Below, one piece after another: positions 26,625 to 31,612 of a stretch of DNA of 31,612 bases; the first letter of the stretch is position 1, and each line of letters begins with the position of its first letter. Origin of the DNA: a virus (taxonomy: Duplodnaviria > Caudoviricetes); the IMG/VR virus record IMGVR_UViG_3300032233_000652, positions 1 to 31,612 of that record, one strand, 5' to 3'. The notes below the pieces were generated by a model that saw only the letters and a list, made by a program, of their open reading frames with translations, ran no database searches and had not been told where the DNA came from. Position numbers and translations under genes: made by a program.

Positions 26625-26629
26625 CATAA

Positions 26630-29600
26630 ATGTACGCTAACACCACTTTTACTAAAGATGATTGGGATCAAGAAGCTCTGAATCAACAGGTCGTTGATAC
26701 CCAAAACTATGCGAGGGAAGAGGCTGCAAGGAATCAAGCACTTCAAGAAAGTGTGAAGTCCGAAACAGCTAAGACCAAAGCTGCACTAGAAGCTACTAAT
26801 GCCGATGGAACTTTAAAGTCAACACATGACACAAAGGCTCCAAAGCAGTATGGTTTAAAGGAGAATGCACAGGAAGCTGGTAATGCAGTACTAGCTGGTG
26901 CCCAAGATGTAGTCAATTCTGTCACTGCAATCCCACAGAAGATTGTTGACCCACGGTTCTACGGTGAGGCCAAGAGTCCTTATAAACCCGCTTGGGTACC
27001 GTTTGCACAGGATCAACAACCCATTACAAAGACCGTTTGGGGTAAGTTCCTTAGGGGTGCTGTAGAGATGGGTGGCCTTATGTGGGTTACAAGAAAGGCT
27101 GCAGGTGGGGCTGCAAAGGTAGCTGGTACTGAGTCTGCCATTGGTAAAGGGCTTACATATGTAGCCAAAGGTTCTCCAGTAGTTAAAGGTAAGCCACTAG
27201 CTAACCTTGCTAAAACTGCAATACATGGTGCAGTACTGGGTGCTCCAGCTGATTTGGTCTCTAGTTATTCGACTGAGTCAAATATGGCTGCTGAGCTGAT
27301 CAAGATCCGTCCTGATTGGGAGGATGCATTGAAGCCATTCTCCACCCATGAACGGATGTCTCCAGCAACCCGTTCCCTCTACAACATGTTTGAGGGTATT
27401 GGTCTTGGTGCTGCACTGGACATTGCTGTGTCGGGTGTCAGTGCAGGTATGAAAAGTTTGGGTCGTAGTTTCCCCAGCCCTAAACCGACTGATGCAGTAA
27501 TCAATCCGAATACTGCCAGATATGACGGGATGCGTGAGAAAGCCCTTAAGAACCTTGAATTCAAAGTTACTGAGGGTGCCAAGTATGAAACAGAAAAGGC
27601 TTTTATAAAAGATCCGACTGTAAATAAGTCTTGGCAGTTGATGACAACCGCTGAGCGTTACGAAGCAAAACAACTGTATGCAAGCCGTAAGGGTATTGAA
27701 TATGCAGATGACACACACCCAGCGCTCAAGCGTCAGGACTCTCAGGACAACGCTGAGATTAACCAAGGTGTAGCTCGTCTAGAGGCAGATCCACAAGGTG
27801 AGAAAGGCTTTGACGCCTACATCAACTCAGGTGGTGATGTCCATCAAGGACGGGCTCTAAGCAGCTCTAAGGCCTTTGTAGACAGCATGCGATCTGCTGA
27901 TGAGATGACTACCAATTGGGCTGATCTTGATGGAACACCCATTAATTTCATCACTGAACGGGAGCTTGACCGCATCAACAGCACACCTGGTGGTAAACCG
28001 ATCACCAGGGAAGAGTATATGGATGTCTTTAAAGACGACCCTGTTCTTAGAAAAGAGATTGCTGACCTGGGTAAATTAAAGCAACCGGTGGACTCGTTTG
28101 CCCCAGCAGTCTTTAAAGAGTTTGACGATGTAATTGCTGGTAGAAAGGCCCTTGGGTCTATGTCTGATCAAGAGTTTGAGTCCTTGTTCACACGCAATTA
28201 CGACAAATACGGTAATTATGCTGGGCGTGCGTACTACTCAAATGAGGATCACCTTAAAGCTGCAGTCCTCACCAAAGTACTGAATCATGAGATTCGAGAC
28301 CTGGCAAAGCTTGGTAAGTCAGTAGTTGACCAAGTCGACATCACTGCTAAAGATGGAACTATGGATCTGCTGCTAAGCCGTTACACTGCTGTTGGCATTG
28401 GTCTTAAGCAGTCCCGCTACTTACGTAGCATCTCTCTGTCTGACCTCAAGAACCTTAACGGAGAATCAAATCTACCAATTCCTGGTGGTAAGGAAATTGG
28501 TCAAGAACTAAAGGCTATTGCTGACAAGCAGAGCACTACTACTCAAATAATCCGTGAGTCACTTCAAGCAGACTCAACAGATGAACTGCTAAAGCTCATG
28601 CTGGATGCGTTCTCATCTAACGATAAACTCTCGACCTGGCAAGACCTCGATACTTTTTTTGCTAACAAGCTTGTTGGCTATAAGGATGGTGACGGTCATC
28701 ACCAAAGTGCTATCCAACGCGAGTTGGGTGCAATGATTATCCATAGTGTCATCTCTGGTCCCAAGACACCGGTAAGGGCTGTTGTAGGTACTGGCCTAGT
28801 GACAATGCTAAGGCCCGCTCAGACAGCCATTGGAGCAATGCTCAGTGGTGATCAGCGCTCCCTACGTGGGGCACATGCAACTATGAGTGGCATGTTTGAA
28901 AGTGTTGGTGAGTCACTCAAAATCTTTAGGGCACAACTGAAGTCAAACTTCTCGGGCGCAGAGATGGCTGACCTGAACACTGTTGCCACCCACTTTAACC
29001 GCACGGATAGTGATGCTGAATGGGAAACTATGGGTGAATGGGTCAAGACCCGTGGCTCAGAAGCTCACCAAGCAGCATATGGTTGGGCTAACACCTTACG
29101 TGGGATGAACAACAACCCATTCCTTACTTGGTCTTCCAAGGTAATGGGTGCTACTGATGCAGCTTTCCAACATCTTATTGGCCGTACTCGGCTAAGGGAG
29201 ATCGCCTATCACAAAGCATACGACTCAATCACAGAAGCTGGTGGTCTAGTTAGTGATGCCAACATGCCAGACCTTGTACGCAAGTATGAGACAGCATTCT
29301 ATGACGAAGTTTTCGATCAGAATGGAATGCTTTCAGACTCACTTGCAAAATATACAGCGTCTGAAGCTACTATGACTCGGGATCTTCCTAAGATCGTAGA
29401 AGCAGTTGAGAAAGCCTTTAACTCCAATCCATGGACAAAGCCGTTCATGTTGTTTACCCGTACAGGTTACAACGCATTGGAGCTAGTCGGTAAACACACA
29501 CCAGGTCTAAACCGTTTTATTGAAGAAGTAGCTGCTATTAAGAGCCTTCCAACAGGTCACCCCGATCTGATGAAGTACGGCATCACAACCTTTGACGAAC

Positions 29601-30688
29601 ACCAGGCTGCCAAGGCTCTTGTTCGTGGACGTGAGGCTATGGGAGCTGCTGTAGTGACCTCTGCTGTTGGTCTCTACATGTCCGGTGGTCTTACTGGTAA
29701 TGGTCCTTCAGATAAAACGCTGCGGGATGCCTGGCGCCAACAAAAGTGGGAACCACGGTCAATTCGCATTGGTGGTCAGTGGGTCTCCTATGACGCCCTA
29801 GAGCCATTCAACAGCTTCCTTGCAATGGTTGCCGACGTTGGGGACACTCAAAAAGAAATGGGTGGACCTTTTGTTGAAAAAATGCTTGGTCGCATGTGGT
29901 ACCTGGTACAGGCAAACGTTGTTAACAAATCATTCCTTTTTGGTTTGTCTCAATTGTCTGATGTACTCGGTGCACGAGACGCCGATCAACTCGGCACAGT
30001 TGCAGGCTCAATGCTGAATAGCTATGTGCCCATGTCAAGCATGCGGAATGAAATTGGAAAACTCTTTAATCCTGGTATGCGGGAACTGGAGTCTGGCTTC
30101 CAAGATGCTATCAAGAACCGCAACCTATGGGCTGGTGAACTAGCTGATCTACCTTATAAGTACGATGTCCTAAATGGACAACCACTTAAATTGTACGATT
30201 GGCCTACTCGGGCCTGGAATGCTGTTATGCCATTCCAAGTCAACACTAATGGTGGTGAAACTCGCGAAATGCTATGGCGGTCTTTGTATGACGTGAAGAT
30301 GACTGTCAACACTAATCCTGAAAGCGGTGAGATTCCTGCGCCACTAAAGAGTAAGTGGCAGATGATGATTGGTCGTCAAAATGTCGAAGCTCAACTTGCT
30401 GAGTTATTTAAGAATCCACAAATTCGTAACTCAATCATTGAGATGGAACTTGCTCGATCTAAAGGTAGTCCGAATGATCCAATGAGCTACCTGCACAATC
30501 AAGAGATTCACAGAATATTTAAAAACGCTAAGTCTCGTGCATGGGAAGAGCTATCAGCAACGACAGAAGCAAGTGCTTTGATCAAGCGCAATGCCATCAA
30601 GAATGCAGCTGCAAACTTAAGAAAGTCTGGTAACTACACACAAGCTGAACAGGCTCAGCAATTATTGAACCTCCCTTACGGTAAGTAG
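26630..30688 (+). CDS. Internal virion protein (gp16-like)
   Basis: 1352 aa directly before the tail fibre. ISGPKTPVRA, PFMLFTRT, GLTGNGP and WVSYDALEPF motifs. Confidence 0.88.
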   Translation: MYANTTFTKDDWDQEALNQQVVDTQNYAREEAARNQALQESVKSETAKTKAALEATNADGTLKSTHDTKAPKQYGLKENAQEAGNAVLAGAQDVVNSVTAIPQKIVDPRFYGEAKSPYKPAWVPFAQDQQPITKTVWGKFLRGAVEMGGLMWVTRKAAGGAAKVAGTESAIGKGLTYVAKGSPVVKGKPLANLAKTAIHGAVLGAPADLVSSYSTESNMAAELIKIRPDWEDALKPFSTHERMSPATRSLYNMFEGIGLGAALDIAVSGVSAGMKSLGRSFPSPKPTDAVINPNTARYDGMREKALKNLEFKVTEGAKYETEKAFIKDPTVNKSWQLMTTAERYEAKQLYASRKGIEYADDTHPALKRQDSQDNAEINQGVARLEADPQGEKGFDAYINSGGDVHQGRALSSSKAFVDSMRSADEMTTNWADLDGTPINFITERELDRINSTPGGKPITREEYMDVFKDDPVLRKEIADLGKLKQPVDSFAPAVFKEFDDVIAGRKALGSMSDQEFESLFTRNYDKYGNYAGRAYYSNEDHLKAAVLTKVLNHEIRDLAKLGKSVVDQVDITAKDGTMDLLLSRYTAVGIGLKQSRYLRSISLSDLKNLNGESNLPIPGGKEIGQELKAIADKQSTTTQIIRESLQADSTDELLKLMLDAFSSNDKLSTWQDLDTFFANKLVGYKDGDGHHQSAIQRELGAMIIHSVISGPKTPVRAVVGTGLVTMLRPAQTAIGAMLSGDQRSLRGAHATMSGMFESVGESLKIFRAQLKSNFSGAEMADLNTVATHFNRTDSDAEWETMGEWVKTRGSEAHQAAYGWANTLRGMNNNPFLTWSSKVMGATDAAFQHLIGRTRLREIAYHKAYDSITEAGGLVSDANMPDLVRKYETAFYDEVFDQNGMLSDSLAKYTASEATMTRDLPKIVEAVEKAFNSNPWTKPFMLFTRTGYNALELVGKHTPGLNRFIEEVAAIKSLPTGHPDLMKYGITTFDEHQAAKALVRGREAMGAAVVTSAVGLYMSGGLTGNGPSDKTLRDAWRQQKWEPRSIRIGGQWVSYDALEPFNSFLAMVADVGDTQKEMGGPFVEKMLGRMWYLVQANVVNKSFLFGLSQLSDVLGARDADQLGTVAGSMLNSYVPMSSMRNEIGKLFNPGMRELESGFQDAIKNRNLWAGELADLPYKYDVLNGQPLKLYDWPTRAWNAVMPFQVNTNGGETREMLWRSLYDVKMTVNTNPESGEIPAPLKSKWQMMIGRQNVEAQLAELFKNPQIRNSIIEMELARSKGSPNDPMSYLHNQEIHRIFKNAKSRAWEELSATTEASALIKRNAIKNAAANLRKSGNYTQAEQAQQLLNLPYGK

Positions 30689-30692
30689 TACA

Positions 30693-31612
30693 ATGGCTAC
30701 CACTCAGAATACTTATACAGGGAACGGTTCTACCGTTCTCTTTTCTTTTACATTCCCATATCTTGAAACCACTGACATTAAAGTAAGCGTCAATGGTACC
30801 ACCACAACTGCATATACACTTGCCAACGCTACAACGATACAATTTACAACAGCTCCAGCAAGTGGGGCCGCCATTAAGATCTATAGGGCTACAGATGATG
30901 CAACACTTCAAGCAACCTTCTATCCTGGATCTGCCATCCGATCCTCAGATCTGAACGATAACTTCACGCAGAACCTATATGTTACCCAGGAAGCCAATAA
31001 TGTAGCAGCTTCTGCGACAACAATTGCAGCTACAGCGCTATCAACTGCAAATACAGCATCTTCAAACGCCACCACTGCAGTCACTACAGCCAACAGTGCT
31101 GTCACCGCAGCCAACACAGCAACCAACACTGCGAACAGCGCGGTAACCACAGCCAATTCTGCAGCTGCTACCGCTGGGTCTGCCTCTACTAATGCGACCA
31201 CAGCTCTTAATACTGCCAACTCTGCATCGTCTTCTGCTACAAGTGCTACATCTACTGCCAATACGGCATTAAGTACCGCCAACACAGCACTATCTACTGC
31301 AAATACTGCATCAACTAACGCAACAACTGCGGTTACAAATGCAAACACTGCATTGTCTTCAGCTAATTCTGCTGTATCGACTGCAAACGCTGCCACAACA
31401 ACAGCTAACGCAGCATCAACATCAGCCACTGCAGCTGGTGTCACGGCAAATACAGCAACTACAACAGCTAATACCGCCAACAACAAGGCCGACCAGGCCA
31501 TTTCTGCTGTATCAAACTCAATCAACTATCAGCTAAAGACAAACGTTGCTGCTATCCCAGCGACCCCTGCCAACGATACTTACATTGAAGTACAGGATTC
31601 CACAGGACTTGA
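30693..31612 (+). CDS. Tail fibre protein (gp17-like), N-terminal part, runs off the window end
   Basis: Own translation: MATTQNTYTGNGSTVLFSFTFPYL...IYRATD...FYPGSAIRSSDLNDNFTQNLYVTQE is the T7-type fibre attachment domain. Frame stays open to the window end. Confidence 0.93.
   Translation, partial: MATTQNTYTGNGSTVLFSFTFPYLETTDIKVSVNGTTTTAYTLANATTIQFTTAPASGAAIKIYRATDDATLQATFYPGSAIRSSDLNDNFTQNLYVTQEANNVAASATTIAATALSTANTASSNATTAVTTANSAVTAANTATNTANSAVTTANSAAATAGSASTNATTALNTANSASSSATSATSTANTALSTANTALSTANTASTNATTAVTNANTALSSANSAVSTANAATTTANAASTSATAAGVTANTATTTANTANNKADQAISAVSNSINYQLKTNVAAIPATPANDTYIEVQDSTGL
31035..31500 (+). repeat. Degenerate 21-bp/7-aa repeat (AxxxANT-type heptads) in the tail fibre
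   Basis: ALSTANT ASSNATT AVTTANS AVTAANT ATNTANS..., about 22 heptads counted by eye. Confidence 0.8.

Noticed and set aside
1165-30911. Other minus-strand and nested alternative-frame ORFs in the track
   Set aside because: They lie within well-supported plus-strand genes of a unidirectional T7-like genome and show no motifs.
30920-31525. 201-aa minus-strand Ala/Val-rich ORF
   Set aside because: Mirror of the Ala/Thr/Asn repeat in the plus-strand tail fibre.
1-31612. Repeated T7-style 23-bp phage promoters, CRISPR array, psbA/hli genes
   Set aside because: No recurring long intergenic consensus, repeat-spacer array or photosystem-gene motif was found by eye. A short promoter could have been missed.

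Overview
This window covers most of the genome of a T7-like cyanopodovirus (Autographiviridae-type, with the P60/Syn5/P-SSP7 gene layout), and all credible genes lie on the + strand. The early region holds a partial ribbon-helix-helix gene, a ~145-nt highly structured non-coding segment, small ORFs, a MarR-like regulator and an intact tyrosine integrase, followed by a 42-nt tRNA-Leu(CAA) 5'-half (probable attP) and a terminator. The replication block has a single-subunit RNA polymerase, SSB, endonuclease I, primase-helicase, a family A DNA polymerase split into exonuclease and polymerase ORFs, a PD-(D/E)XK nuclease, a 5'-3' exonuclease, an overlapping nblA-like gene, DUF3310, a MazG-like protein and RNR alpha/beta. 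The virion block has the portal, scaffold, an RlpA-like transglycosylase plus tiny ORFs where many marine relatives carry psbA/hli, the major capsid and accessory proteins, tail tubes A/B, three internal virion proteins and the start of the tail fibre. The best leads are the structured RNA at ~157-300, the split/-1-frame DNA polymerase, a circularly permuted M23-like domain in the gp15-like protein, the integration module, the structured capsid leader preceded by a Gly/Lys micropeptide, and nblA. All assignments come from motif recognition by eye; no database search was run.
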